A stretch of DNA of 64,000 bases from Clostridia bacterium (GTDB taxonomy: Bacteria > Bacillota > Clostridia > TANB77 > CAG-465). Where the stretch lies: NCBI GenBank assembly GCA_045537895.1, contig JAZSQI010000005.1, positions 60-64,059 of the forward strand, in the 5' to 3' direction. The translations under genes and the position numbers were made by a program. This document shows, one piece after another, positions 8,273-18,809 of this stretch. Each line of letters opens with the position of its first letter. The first letter of the stretch is position 1. The notes beneath the pieces were generated by a model. It was not told the DNA's origin and ran no database searches. It saw only the letters and a list, made by a program, of their open reading frames with translations.

Positions 8273-9463
8273 TTATACTTTACCTAATAGCCAATCTAAA
8301 ACATTTATTTTCTTTATACCATCAAAATCTGCTATTGGATCTAAATCCATAGTAAGTATATATTTGGGGTAATTATCATTAATTTCTTGTAACGACCTTA
8401 ATTCTCTCTCAAGTGTTGATTCTTCTCTTGTTGTATATGCTACTTGAAAATATGTAAATCCGTCTTTGTTTTCAGCTATAAAATCTATTTCTTTTTCTCC
8501 AGTCTTTCCTATATATACTTTATACCCTCTTCGTATAAGTTCAAAGTATACAATATTTTCTAGTATGCGACCTATATCTAAATTTCTTCTACCTAAAAGT
8601 GCATATCTCATAGTAACATCTGTTGCATAATATTTTTCTCCTGATTGTAAATACTGTTTCCCTTTTACATCGAATCTTTGAGCTTTACTAAATATGTAAC
8701 TATCTACTAGTGCTTCCAAATAACTTTCCACAGTATGAACAGATATGGATCTTCCATCAGATGTTAATGTATCAGCTATTTTTTTTATAGATAACGAATT
8801 ACCTATATTATCAAACATAAACTTAGTAACAGTTTTTAACATCGTTACATCGGCTATCTTTTTCCTTTGTATAATATCTCTTACTATTATTGTATTATAT
8901 AGCGCTTCTAAGTAATCGTCTATTTCTGACTCATTTTCCAATTGTAACGCATATGGAAATGAGCTTTTGTTGATATAATTAAGATAATCTCTCTCATTTC
9001 CCTGCACATTACAGTAATCAACATATTCTTTAAAAGATAATGGATACATTTTTATCTCTACATATCTTCCTGATAATAATGTCGCTAATTCACCAGATAA
9101 CAAATAAGCATTAGACCCTGTTATATAAATATCCACATTCTTTATTATATATAATCCATCAACTGCTTTTTGGAAATTATCCACATTCTGAACTTCATCA
9201 AGAAACACATAATATTCTTTTTCATCTTTTATTTGATTTTTTACAAATTTATACAATTCTTTATAATCTGCAAACTCGTATTCTGGATTTTCAAAATTTA
9301 TTGATATGATATGATCTTCTTCTACTCCTATACCTTTCAAATAGTCAATATATAATGTAAACAATGTGGATTTGCCAGATCTTCTTATGCCTGTTACTAC
9401 CTTTATCAAATCTTTATCTTTCCACTTTTTTAATTTTTCTATATATTTATTTCTTTCTACCAT
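8273..9463 (-). CDS. AAA+ ATPase (AAA_14/DUF4143 type)
   Basis: GIRRSGKS Walker A, FLDEVQ Walker B, TGSN, C-terminal EIDF...QV motif; start at MVERNKY with GGAGG RBS. Confidence 0.85.
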   Translation of the reverse strand: MVERNKYIEKLKKWKDKDLIKVVTGIRRSGKSTLFTLYIDYLKGIGVEEDHIISINFENPEYEFADYKELYKFVKNQIKDEKEYYVFLDEVQNVDNFQKAVDGLYIIKNVDIYITGSNAYLLSGELATLLSGRYVEIKMYPLSFKEYVDYCNVQGNERDYLNYINKSSFPYALQLENESEIDDYLEALYNTIIVRDIIQRKKIADVTMLKTVTKFMFDNIGNSLSIKKIADTLTSDGRSISVHTVESYLEALVDSYIFSKAQRFDVKGKQYLQSGEKYYATDVTMRYALLGRRNLDIGRILENIVYFELIRRGYKVYIGKTGEKEIDFIAENKDGFTYFQVAYTTREESTLERELRSLQEINDNYPKYILTMDLDPIADFDGIKKINVLDWLLGKV

Positions 9464-9692
9464 ATTATTTCCTCCAATAATATTATACATCACCAAAAAC
9501 AAATTTGCAACACATTGCAAATTATTTTGTTAAATTTACAAAATTTGCAACGTCGTACAAAAAATATCATATACATTTTAATAAAATTACATTTATAGTT
9601 TTTATCCTTAAACTAATACATCTTATCCAATATATGATTTCTTGGAAAATACAAAAATAGAGCACAGCAATAATCAACTGTACTCTAAATAC

Positions 9693-12320
9693 TTACATAT
9701 TCTTTAAACTTTCTTCTATCTTCTCTAATATTTCAGTATATTTTTTTACTTTTTCCTTTTCTCCTGCTATAAGCTTTTCTGGTGCTTTTGCAACAAACGA
9801 TTCGTTTGAAAGCATTTTATTTGCTCTTGCAAGCTCATTTTCTGCTTTTTTCTTTTCTTCTAATAATTTTTCTCTTTCTTTATCTTTGTCTATTACAGAA
9901 GATAAATCTAAGTATGCATCTATATTTTGTGTATGCATTGCTGTCATATTTACTATCTTGCTTGCATCTACACTGTTTAATATTTCTAAATTCTCTATAC
10001 ATGCCATCTTGCATATCATATCTCTTGATTTAGAAATTGTATCTGCAAAGTTTTTACTTACTATTATAGCATTTGCTTTTTTGCTATTTGGAATATTATT
10101 CTCAGCTCTAACATTTCTTATTTGTCTTATAAGCTCAAGCTCTTCATCAACAAGTTTTTTATCTTCACTAAAATTATATTCTTCTTTTACGGCTGGCCAT
10201 TTTGATATCATTATGCTTTCATCATTATGTTTTAAATTCATATATATTTCTTCTGTTATAAATGGCATATATGGATGTAATAATTTTAATGTATTAGAAA
10301 GTGCATAATTAAGTACGCTCACTGCCTCTTTATACCCTTCGTTGCTTTCGTCATAAAGTCTTGGCTTGCACATTTCTATATACACGTCACATATATCTGA
10401 CCACATAAAATCATATATTATTTGAAGTGCAACACCTATTTCATAGTTTGAAATATTATCTGTTACCTCTTTAATAACTGAGTTTAATTTTGTTAATAAC
10501 CATTTATCTTCAGGCATAAGTTTGCTTACGTCAATGTTCACATTATCAACTTTTTCAATGTAGCTAAGTGCAAATCTTGCAGCATTCCATATCTTATTTG
10601 CAAAGTTTGCTCCTGCTTCTACTTTTTCTTTCATATATCTTATATCATTTCCGGCAGATATATTTTGAGTAAGAGAAAATCTTAACGCATCTGTACCATA
10701 CTCATCTATAACTTCAAGTGGATCAACACCGTTACCCAAAGATTTAGACATCTTTCTTCCTTGTGAATCACGAACTAAACCATGTATATACACATCTTTA
10801 AATGGTACTTTTCCAGTATGCTCAATTGCACTAAATATCATTTTACTTACCCAGAATGTTATAATATCATAACCTGTAACTAGCATTGTTGTTGGGTAAA
10901 AATACTCAAAATCCTCTGTCTTTTCTGGCCAACCCAATGTTGAAAATGGCCATAATGCTGAACTAAACCAAGTATCTAATGTATCTTCATCTTGATACAT
11001 ATGCTGGCTGTTACATTTTGGACAAACTTCTACTTTATTTGCTGATACTTCTACGTGCTTACATTCAGAACAATGATATGCAGGTATTCTATGTCCCCAC
11101 CATAATTGTCTTGAAATACACCAGTCTTTTATATTTTCCATCCAGTTAAAATATATCTTCTCAAATCTTTCAGGTACAAATCTAACTTCACCATTTCTAA
11201 CAGCTTCTATAGCTGGCTCTGCTAACTGTTTCATACTAACAAACCATTGCTTTGATGCATAAGGTTCTACTGTTGAATTACATCTATAACAGCTACCAAC
11301 ATTATGTTTATATGGTTCTACTTTTATTAAATTCCCTAATTTTTCTAAATCTTCAACAATAGCTTTTCTTGCATCTTCTCTAGTCATACCAGAATATCTT
11401 CCATAGCCTTCAACTATTGTAGCATCTTCGTTCATAACATTTATTACTGGAAGATTATGTCTTAATCCAACTTCAAAATCGTTTGGATCATGTGCTGGAG
11501 TTATCTTAACTACACCAGTTCCGAAATCCATTTCAACATATTCATCTGCTACTATTGGAATAGGTCTATTTACTATTGGTAGTATTACATTTTTACCAAC
11601 GAATTCTTTGTATCTTTCATCTTCAGGATGAACTGCAACAGCTGTATCTCCTAAAAGAGTTTCAGGTCTTGTTGTTGCTATTTCAATGTATTTATCTGTT
11701 CCTTCTATTTGATATCTAATATGCCAGAAGAAAGAATCTTGTTCTTCATATTCTACTTCATTATCTGATATAGATGTTTTACATTTAGGACACCAGTTAA
11801 CTATTCTTTCTCCTCTGTATATTAAGCCTTTTTCATATAGCTTTATAAATACATGTTCAACTGCTTTGGTTAGTCCTTCATCCATTGTAAATCTTTCTCT
11901 TGACCAATCACAAGAAGAACCTAATTTTTTAAGTTGTTCTAGTATTCTTCCACCATATTTTTCTTTCCATGCCCAAGCTTCCTCTAAAAATCCTTCTCTT
12001 CCAAGTTCCTCCTTAGTTTTTCCTTCTGCTTTTAATTTTTCAACTACTTTATTCTCTGTAGCTATACTTGCATGGTCTGTTCCTGGAAGCCAAAGTGTTT
12101 CTTTCCCAAGCATTCTATTATATCTTACAAATATATCTTGTATAGTTTCATCCAAGGCATGTCCCATATGTAATTGTCCTGTTACATTTGGTGGTGGTAT
12201 AACTATTGTAAAAGGCTCCTTTTCTTTATTTACACTTGCCTTAAAATATCCTTTTTCTGTCCAATTATTATATATTCTATCCTCTATATCATGAGGATTA
12301 TATCTACTATTCATATTCAT
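9693..12320 (-). CDS. valS: valine--tRNA ligase
   Basis: PPPNVTG-LHMGHAL (HIGH), KMSKS, DWCISRQLWWGH, C-terminal coiled coil. Confidence 0.97.
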   Translation of the reverse strand: MNMNSRYNPHDIEDRIYNNWTEKGYFKASVNKEKEPFTIVIPPPNVTGQLHMGHALDETIQDIFVRYNRMLGKETLWLPGTDHASIATENKVVEKLKAEGKTKEELGREGFLEEAWAWKEKYGGRILEQLKKLGSSCDWSRERFTMDEGLTKAVEHVFIKLYEKGLIYRGERIVNWCPKCKTSISDNEVEYEEQDSFFWHIRYQIEGTDKYIEIATTRPETLLGDTAVAVHPEDERYKEFVGKNVILPIVNRPIPIVADEYVEMDFGTGVVKITPAHDPNDFEVGLRHNLPVINVMNEDATIVEGYGRYSGMTREDARKAIVEDLEKLGNLIKVEPYKHNVGSCYRCNSTVEPYASKQWFVSMKQLAEPAIEAVRNGEVRFVPERFEKIYFNWMENIKDWCISRQLWWGHRIPAYHCSECKHVEVSANKVEVCPKCNSQHMYQDEDTLDTWFSSALWPFSTLGWPEKTEDFEYFYPTTMLVTGYDIITFWVSKMIFSAIEHTGKVPFKDVYIHGLVRDSQGRKMSKSLGNGVDPLEVIDEYGTDALRFSLTQNISAGNDIRYMKEKVEAGANFANKIWNAARFALSYIEKVDNVNIDVSKLMPEDKWLLTKLNSVIKEVTDNISNYEIGVALQIIYDFMWSDICDVYIEMCKPRLYDESNEGYKEAVSVLNYALSNTLKLLHPYMPFITEEIYMNLKHNDESIMISKWPAVKEEYNFSEDKKLVDEELELIRQIRNVRAENNIPNSKKANAIIVSKNFADTISKSRDMICKMACIENLEILNSVDASKIVNMTAMHTQNIDAYLDLSSVIDKDKEREKLLEEKKKAENELARANKMLSNESFVAKAPEKLIAGEKEKVKKYTEILEKIEESLKNM

Positions 12321-12335
12321 TTTGTTCTTTCCTCC

Positions 12336-12530
12336 CTATTTTATACAAAAATATATCGTTACAAGCGAAATAACGACGACTATAAATCCTATAACTTTAA
12401 TGTTTCTGACGACTACGTTTTCATTATCTACGCTTGATTTTTTTCTTATTAATTCTCTCGCTAAAAATATAGAAATAACTCCTGTGCACAATAATATAAT
12501 AGCGATTGTCATTATTAATTTATCTATCAT
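12336..12530 (-). CDS. small two-TM membrane protein
   Basis: Two hydrophobic segments, GGGAG RBS, directly upstream of valS. Confidence 0.65.
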   Translation of the reverse strand: MIDKLIMTIAIILLCTGVISIFLARELIRKKSSVDNENVVVRNIKVIGFIVVVISLVTIYFCIK

Positions 12531-12637
12531 ATTGTATCTCCCATATATAAATATTTCGACATATATATGTTACCAACGAATTTATAAAATGTCAAGAAAA
12601 TACTTAGAATTTAGCCCTTATATTCTACTTTTTACAA

Positions 12638-12668
12638 AAAACTGACGACTAATTTAGTCGTCAGTTTT
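12638..12668. terminator. intrinsic terminator (bidirectional-type)
   Basis: AAAACTGACGACT-aattt-AGTCGTCAGTTTT. Confidence 0.8.
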
Positions 12669-12675
12669 AATTTTT

Positions 12676-13092
12676 TTACTTCTTTAATTTGTTACCACAT
12701 TTAGAGCAGAATTTTTCGCTGTTTTTGTACTCTTTGCCACAATTGGTGCAGAATATTGTGCTTTTTTCTGCTTCTTTTTCAGCCGCTTTTTTAGCTTCTT
12801 CTTCCTTGATTTCTTTAATCTGTGCTTCAAGTGCGCATATCTCTGCTTCTGATTCCACAAGTGCATTGTAACAAGCTGTTACTTCATCTTTGTCAGCTTC
12901 TGCATTATAGCAAAGTTTTCCGTACTCAAACAATAAGCCATCAAACAGTCTTTTTTTGTTTGAGAGCTGCCATTCGAGCCTTGCAACCTCTGTTACATCA
13001 TCAAAGAAACTCTTAGCCTGTCCCATTTTTTCTTCAGCAACTGTCATTATTTTGTCTGCTGCTTCCTGTGCTCTTTTCATAAAATCTTTCAT
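12676..13092 (-). CDS. coiled-coil protein with C-terminal zinc ribbon
   Basis: FCTNCG...FCSKCG; AGGAGG RBS. Confidence 0.8.
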   Translation of the reverse strand: MKDFMKRAQEAADKIMTVAEEKMGQAKSFFDDVTEVARLEWQLSNKKRLFDGLLFEYGKLCYNAEADKDEVTACYNALVESEAEICALEAQIKEIKEEEAKKAAEKEAEKSTIFCTNCGKEYKNSEKFCSKCGNKLKK

Positions 13093-13169
13093 AATTTTTA
13101 TTCCTCCTTAAATTTAGTTTGGATTAATATTTTGCTGATTTATAATTATATCAGCTATTCCTTAGAAAA

Positions 13170-16100
13170 TCAAGATTTTACATACATGTATGATTCTTTT
13201 TCGTTGCGTATTATAAATTTATTATCTACTCTAGTAATTCCTGACTGAGGAGTTGTAACGTTACAATAAATACTTCTTAATACTTTCGCACCGACATTAT
13301 ACATGTATATTTTTCTGTCGCCAACAAAATATAGTGTATTTTTATAAAAACACATGGATTCAGATAATTTTTCACCTATAGAAAATTCTGATACCTTATG
13401 ATTATTATCAACAACTATACATTTATTTTGGCTTCTGTCATTACTATCATTAAATACAATAATTGTACTCTTTGTTACGTCGTCTATGAACGCATCTGCT
13501 TCGTCATAAGTTATAAACTTACTCATAGGTAGTGACACAATTAAGGTGTCATTTATCACAACATCATATGTGCCATTTTGCCCATCTTCTTCGAGTATTA
13601 CAATTTTTTCATTGCCTGTGCCTTGGGCTACCCAGATATTGTTTTGACTTACTCTTTTTACCTCTTTAGTAGTTATATTTCCTGTTTGTTTATCAAATTC
13701 GTCAATGTATAACTTTTTAGTTTCTGGCAAACTCACATAATAAATTTTGTTTTCATTTATATGATAAATATGGGTATAATCATTAGGATATACTTTATAT
13801 AATTTAAAGATTTCTCCAGTTTTATCATTTATTATAAATGTATATTCTTCATAACAAAACATTATATACTCATCACATTGTAATATATTTACTTCTTTCT
13901 CAATGTAATTAGCTTTGAGTCCCGTTAACTTTGGCGTCTCTTTATAATAGAGCACTCCCTTATTATCAATATATACATTTTCGCTTATTTCAATAAACGA
14001 AGGATTTTTTCTTTGAATTTTAATTAGATCCATTTCATTTTTATTAATTTGCTCTAAATAAGATTCAAGAACACTTAACATACTTTCTCTTTTACTGCCT
14101 TCAAATGTATTTAAGAAAAAGTCTATCATCTGTTTAGGCATTAGATCCCAACCTATACTTATTTTAGGAATTTTAATTCCATGGTTGCCTAAAATTGAAT
14201 AGCCCTTTGTCATTCTTTGCATTTCATCTAAAGGCACTTTTTTATTTTTACATATTCCTCTAAAAGGATGTGAGTATGTTAAATAGTAAAAAGCTTGTAT
14301 TGCAAAAGAATACCAGTCGTCTAACTTTGTTATATTCTTATTTTCTGCTGATGGTGGGTATATATATAGGTTAGTGTATACACAGTTTTTAACGTCATCA
14401 AAACTCATTCCGTCCATATCAATTATATATACAGCTTTATCTTTTACTAATATATTGCCACCATTTAGGTCTCCTATGAACCCATTTATTGAATGTAAAA
14501 ATTCAATACCTTTACATGTTTTAATAAGAATCTCAACAATATCTTTTCTTTTATACTCTTTTTCATCTACAAAAGTTTTTTCTTTAAATGAAGATATTTT
14601 AAACGAATCAGCTATAAGCTCTTGTGTATAACCTTCCAAATTCAAAACGCCATCTTTATATGAATATAATACTTCATCAATCGGAACAAATTTAATATCT
14701 TCATGATTATTATTAAATTCTCTAAATTTATCTGCTTTTTGCAGAGCTTTGGCTATAATTTTTGATTTAAAAGAAAGATTTACTTTATCATTAAAAAGTT
14801 TATATAACTTACCCGTCTTTTTACTAATATATAAATTAGCTTCTCCACCTTCAAATGTTCCTTTTTTAGATTTAAGAGAGTCAAAAAAAGCTTTATCTTT
14901 TATAACGATTTTTTCTTTAGGTATACCATCTAAAATACATTCTGGACATATGATATCTTCTTCTGAAAAATGTCTACCATGAACCTTACAAAAACTCTTC
15001 TTAGTCTGTAAATATTTTTTTATATCTTCTTCATTAAAATTACATTCTTTAATGCTTTCAAATATTTTAGTAATTAAAACATCATTTTGTTTTAATTCCG
15101 ATTTAAAAACTTCATCAGAAGATAAATATTCATATAAGAAGTTTGAAAAACACTTTAATGTTTTTTCCTGTTCTTGTTTTCTTAATGCTTCATCAGATGA
15201 TGTATATATCTCCGTATTAAGCAAAGGAAGATTAGGAATTATTATTTCCCCTTTATAGTTTCTGTCCATAAACATTGTATTAAAAACTCTTATGTCAGAT
15301 GTAATAAAAGAATAATCTAATATATATGGTAGTACATTCCTGTAAAGTAACAATACTGCCTTTAACTTCTGAACATCCTTAAATGATTCTAAAAGCATAA
15401 CATTAGAAAAGTCATATTCATCACACACTATTGCTACTGCATTTTCTCTTGCTTTTCTAGTTACTGCTACTTTTTTAGGAACTACACCTACAAACTTTTC
15501 ATATATACCATTTTCAATTCCTAATTTAACTCTTCTAGTAATTTGTTTAGATATATAGTTGTCATCTGCATTTGGGTAATTATTCCAAAGAAGATTTCCA
15601 AGGTAAATTCTAAAAAGTGCTACTCCATCATCATACCTTACTTCACCTTTATAACTAGCATTATCTGTAAGATGATATATTTTTTTGCACATAGGACACA
15701 AGTCATTTGCTAAATGCAATTTAGAGTGTTCCTTGCAATAGCCAATATTTTCAATATTTGATTTAAATATTCTTAATGCCTGCAAGGACCCATCATAAAT
15801 AGGTGCAAGCTCTTTAAATGTAAATAATGTAAAATTATCTAAATAACCACCTATTTCATTCGATATGCACTGCATTACTTTAGAATAATATCTAGGCATT
15901 GATATTCTGTCTGTATCAAATATGTCTGCTAATTGATTAAATGTATTACAATCAAAAACAATCTTGAAATTGTCTTCTAAAAGAAGGCTTCCTATTGGTG
16001 AATTTAAAAAATCAATCCTATATCCACTGTCAAACACATCAAAAATTGATTTTACTAAAGTTTTGTATACATTTTTTACATTAATAACATTGGCTTTTAA

Positions 16101-18011
16101 AAGGTCTTCTAAAGTATAGAGTTTAAACTTATTCCACACAACACCTATTATTTTGTAATTTTGCTCATCGTAAATATCTTTAGAAATAATTACTTTTTCT
16201 GGAAACAAAACCCTTCCATATGTTTCTTTTTCAAAAGATATTTTTGCAATAGCTTTGTTAGATAAATGTAAATCTTCACATCTATCTGTAATGTATCTCA
16301 TTCTTTCATTAAGTGAAATACATTCTACGTTGCTAAAATTACTTTCAGGTTTGTTTGTCCGTTTAGTTATATCTTTAACAAAGAGGTTTTCACTATACTC
16401 CGGCAAAAAACTTACTTTATTAAACAAGAAAGGCTCATTTATAATGTCTTCCAGAAATACTACTTTTGAGCAATTTTTCTCAGTTAATATTTCTTTTAAT
16501 TTGCGAACCATTCCTTTAGGCTGATATTCCTTTGTTTTAAGATATGTTATAAGCTCATCGGTAAACGTCTTAGGAAGAAGTTTAATAAAACTGCACTTAT
16601 ATATATCTTCAAGCAGTATTGAATTTACAGTCATATACTTTTGAACTACCTGCATTATACATAAAGGATACTGAAAGGATATAATATCTTCTTTTTTACT
16701 AAAACATATTTTAGATATATCAAAAAAGCTTAGTTGATCACCTCTATGATTTGTATAAAGCAAATCTAACCAATTCGTATCTTTAGATGCAAAAACTTTT
16801 TGTCTAACGGATGCTTTGCTCAAAAAAGTATCATTTAAAAGTAAAATAAGGTTAGTTATTTTTGCTTCGTTTTTACCTATACTTTCTATATACCCTGATA
16901 AACTTTTTTCATGTCTGTAATTATCATAATCACACAAATAATATTTATCAGTATTGGGGCAGTATAGGCAATGTTTCTTACTTACTAATTCTTCGTCCAT
17001 TAATTCTTCTAGCACTTGCTTGATGTGCTCAAATTCGTTATTATCTTTTAATAACAAAAAGTTAGGACCTTTCTTGTCTTTGTAAGTAAATGAAGTAAAA
17101 TGATTACTTGTCTGACCTTCCTTTAAACTTTTATTAAAGACTCTTTCATCAAATATTATGTTCATATCAAGTAATGAATCATACTTATTTTCTGTGTTTA
17201 CCTCTTTAAAAAAATCTATTGGAGCGTTAAAACAATTTTCATTAAGAGCATATTTAAAAATATTGATGTATATATTATATGGCAACTTTCTAAAACCATA
17301 ATCATCTATTTCCTTCATATATATTCCTCTTTTTAAGAATTTATAAAAAGGAACATCATCATTTTGAATATTTTCTCTTATTTTTGATAGCCCAATACAA
17401 TGCATAGGATTACAATAGTGTAATAATATATTTATCACATGGTCAAGTGCTAATGTATCTAATTCACACACAGCCTCACTTACGTAAATTGCCTTGAAAA
17501 AGCTGTTCCAAAAACTCTGATCTTTGTCAAGAAAATCGTAAGTAAAACTTTTATATGAAAAATTTACCACTTTTTCGCTGGTTGAAAATGTTTCGCAAAA
17601 CCATGTAACCATATCATATAAATCCTCAAGTAATTGTGATTTATAACAGTTTCCCAGTAATCCATCGCTAGCAATAAACACAACTTTCTGCTTTGAATTT
17701 ATAGTTACAAACTTTAAATTTTTAAAAGCTTCTGGTAAATTGTCTGTGTTAATTTTACCTTTAACCAAAGCTTCATATATGTTTTTTGCCAAATTTTCAT
17801 CAACAATATGAAACATACTAAGGTCTTCATCTTCTATAAAATCAAAACATTTTGACACCCCATCGGCATAGTTGCTTGCTTCAATCGCCTTATAGAGTTT
17901 ATACTTGTACTTTAAAACACCAATATTTTCTACCATAGAATTTTCTTCTAATATCTTTTTGTTTTTCGATCTAGAAGTTATTGATGAAATAAAGCCTCTT
18001 TTCTCTGTCAT
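13170..18011 (-). CDS. giant Ser/Thr kinase-like protein (TerY-P/YegI-type kinase module) with Zn fingers
   Basis: EGGEA P-loop, GDLNGGNIL catalytic loop, IDMDG, DDWYSFA...HPFRG; two CxxH...CPxC motifs. Confidence 0.8.
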   Translation of the reverse strand: MTEKRGFISSITSRSKNKKILEENSMVENIGVLKYKYKLYKAIEASNYADGVSKCFDFIEDEDLSMFHIVDENLAKNIYEALVKGKINTDNLPEAFKNLKFVTINSKQKVVFIASDGLLGNCYKSQLLEDLYDMVTWFCETFSTSEKVVNFSYKSFTYDFLDKDQSFWNSFFKAIYVSEAVCELDTLALDHVINILLHYCNPMHCIGLSKIRENIQNDDVPFYKFLKRGIYMKEIDDYGFRKLPYNIYINIFKYALNENCFNAPIDFFKEVNTENKYDSLLDMNIIFDERVFNKSLKEGQTSNHFTSFTYKDKKGPNFLLLKDNNEFEHIKQVLEELMDEELVSKKHCLYCPNTDKYYLCDYDNYRHEKSLSGYIESIGKNEAKITNLILLLNDTFLSKASVRQKVFASKDTNWLDLLYTNHRGDQLSFFDISKICFSKKEDIISFQYPLCIMQVVQKYMTVNSILLEDIYKCSFIKLLPKTFTDELITYLKTKEYQPKGMVRKLKEILTEKNCSKVVFLEDIINEPFLFNKVSFLPEYSENLFVKDITKRTNKPESNFSNVECISLNERMRYITDRCEDLHLSNKAIAKISFEKETYGRVLFPEKVIISKDIYDEQNYKIIGVVWNKFKLYTLEDLLKANVINVKNVYKTLVKSIFDVFDSGYRIDFLNSPIGSLLLEDNFKIVFDCNTFNQLADIFDTDRISMPRYYSKVMQCISNEIGGYLDNFTLFTFKELAPIYDGSLQALRIFKSNIENIGYCKEHSKLHLANDLCPMCKKIYHLTDNASYKGEVRYDDGVALFRIYLGNLLWNNYPNADDNYISKQITRRVKLGIENGIYEKFVGVVPKKVAVTRKARENAVAIVCDEYDFSNVMLLESFKDVQKLKAVLLLYRNVLPYILDYSFITSDIRVFNTMFMDRNYKGEIIIPNLPLLNTEIYTSSDEALRKQEQEKTLKCFSNFLYEYLSSDEVFKSELKQNDVLITKIFESIKECNFNEEDIKKYLQTKKSFCKVHGRHFSEEDIICPECILDGIPKEKIVIKDKAFFDSLKSKKGTFEGGEANLYISKKTGKLYKLFNDKVNLSFKSKIIAKALQKADKFREFNNNHEDIKFVPIDEVLYSYKDGVLNLEGYTQELIADSFKISSFKEKTFVDEKEYKRKDIVEILIKTCKGIEFLHSINGFIGDLNGGNILVKDKAVYIIDMDGMSFDDVKNCVYTNLYIYPPSAENKNITKLDDWYSFAIQAFYYLTYSHPFRGICKNKKVPLDEMQRMTKGYSILGNHGIKIPKISIGWDLMPKQMIDFFLNTFEGSKRESMLSVLESYLEQINKNEMDLIKIQRKNPSFIEISENVYIDNKGVLYYKETPKLTGLKANYIEKEVNILQCDEYIMFCYEEYTFIINDKTGEIFKLYKVYPNDYTHIYHINENKIYYVSLPETKKLYIDEFDKQTGNITTKEVKRVSQNNIWVAQGTGNEKIVILEEDGQNGTYDVVINDTLIVSLPMSKFITYDEADAFIDDVTKSTIIVFNDSNDRSQNKCIVVDNNHKVSEFSIGEKLSESMCFYKNTLYFVGDRKIYMYNVGAKVLRSIYCNVTTPQSGITRVDNKFIIRNEKESYMYVKS

Positions 18012-18075
18012 GTAGTTAACACCTCCTGGTAATTAGGAGGAGAAATACTCCTCCTAATAATATAAATTAAGGCAA

Positions 18076-18795
18076 TTATATATCGATGTTGAAAAAATCA
18101 TCCTCCATAAAGGCCTGATTCTGAGCTACATCTTCTTCTGCATTACCATCTGCCTGTGAAAAGAAAGCCGATTTTAAAGAATATGCACTTTTTGACTGTT
18201 CCTTGCAACTTTTGGAAAGTTCACTTCCCATGCAATTAATAAGTTCTTTTACTGTGTTTATATTCTTTACACAACTAAAGCCCAAATCTTCACCAATACC
18301 ACTATTTATCGCTTCTCTAAAAGCAACTAAAACAGTTGTTGCGTCCAGGCTATTAAGTTCTTTAATAGCTTCTACAGCATTTCCATAGTATTCTCCTGCT
18401 CTATTGTTTTCGCCATCAGTAAATACCAAAAACGTTATTCTAGGTCTTACATTTAAACGTTTAACTATTTCATCATAGTATTCGATAGTATTATTTGCTG
18501 CACAGGTAATTGCATAATATAACGCAGTTGCGCCCTCTACATTGTAGCCTGTGTTAAAGTTTTTCACTTCACTAAAACAACTCATATCAAAATACTGTGA
18601 AAATACACCTTTTGCTATTGCAATAGAGCCTCTTTCTTCAAACTTAGAGAAGTCATCATAAAAGGCTTTATTGGCCTTTCTCATTGCTCCAACATCGTAC
18701 TCCATTGAAGTAGATATATCATAAAGGAGCACAAAGATGTTTATAGTATCCGATGAAAAATTATATTTGCAGTTTTCTAAGTTAAATTTAGCCAT
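18076..18795 (-). CDS. vWA domain protein (TerY-like)
   Basis: Intact MIDAS: DISTS, GATALY, FTDGEN. Confidence 0.85.
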   Translation of the reverse strand: MAKFNLENCKYNFSSDTINIFVLLYDISTSMEYDVGAMRKANKAFYDDFSKFEERGSIAIAKGVFSQYFDMSCFSEVKNFNTGYNVEGATALYYAITCAANNTIEYYDEIVKRLNVRPRITFLVFTDGENNRAGEYYGNAVEAIKELNSLDATTVLVAFREAINSGIGEDLGFSCVKNINTVKELINCMGSELSKSCKEQSKSAYSLKSAFFSQADGNAEEDVAQNQAFMEDDFFNIDI

Positions 18796-18809
18796 AAAAT
18801 CCTCCTGTT

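Noticed and set aside
12322-12645. 107-aa plus-strand ORF and 33535..33777 minus-strand ORF
   Set aside because: They overlap better-supported genes or promoters on the opposite strand.
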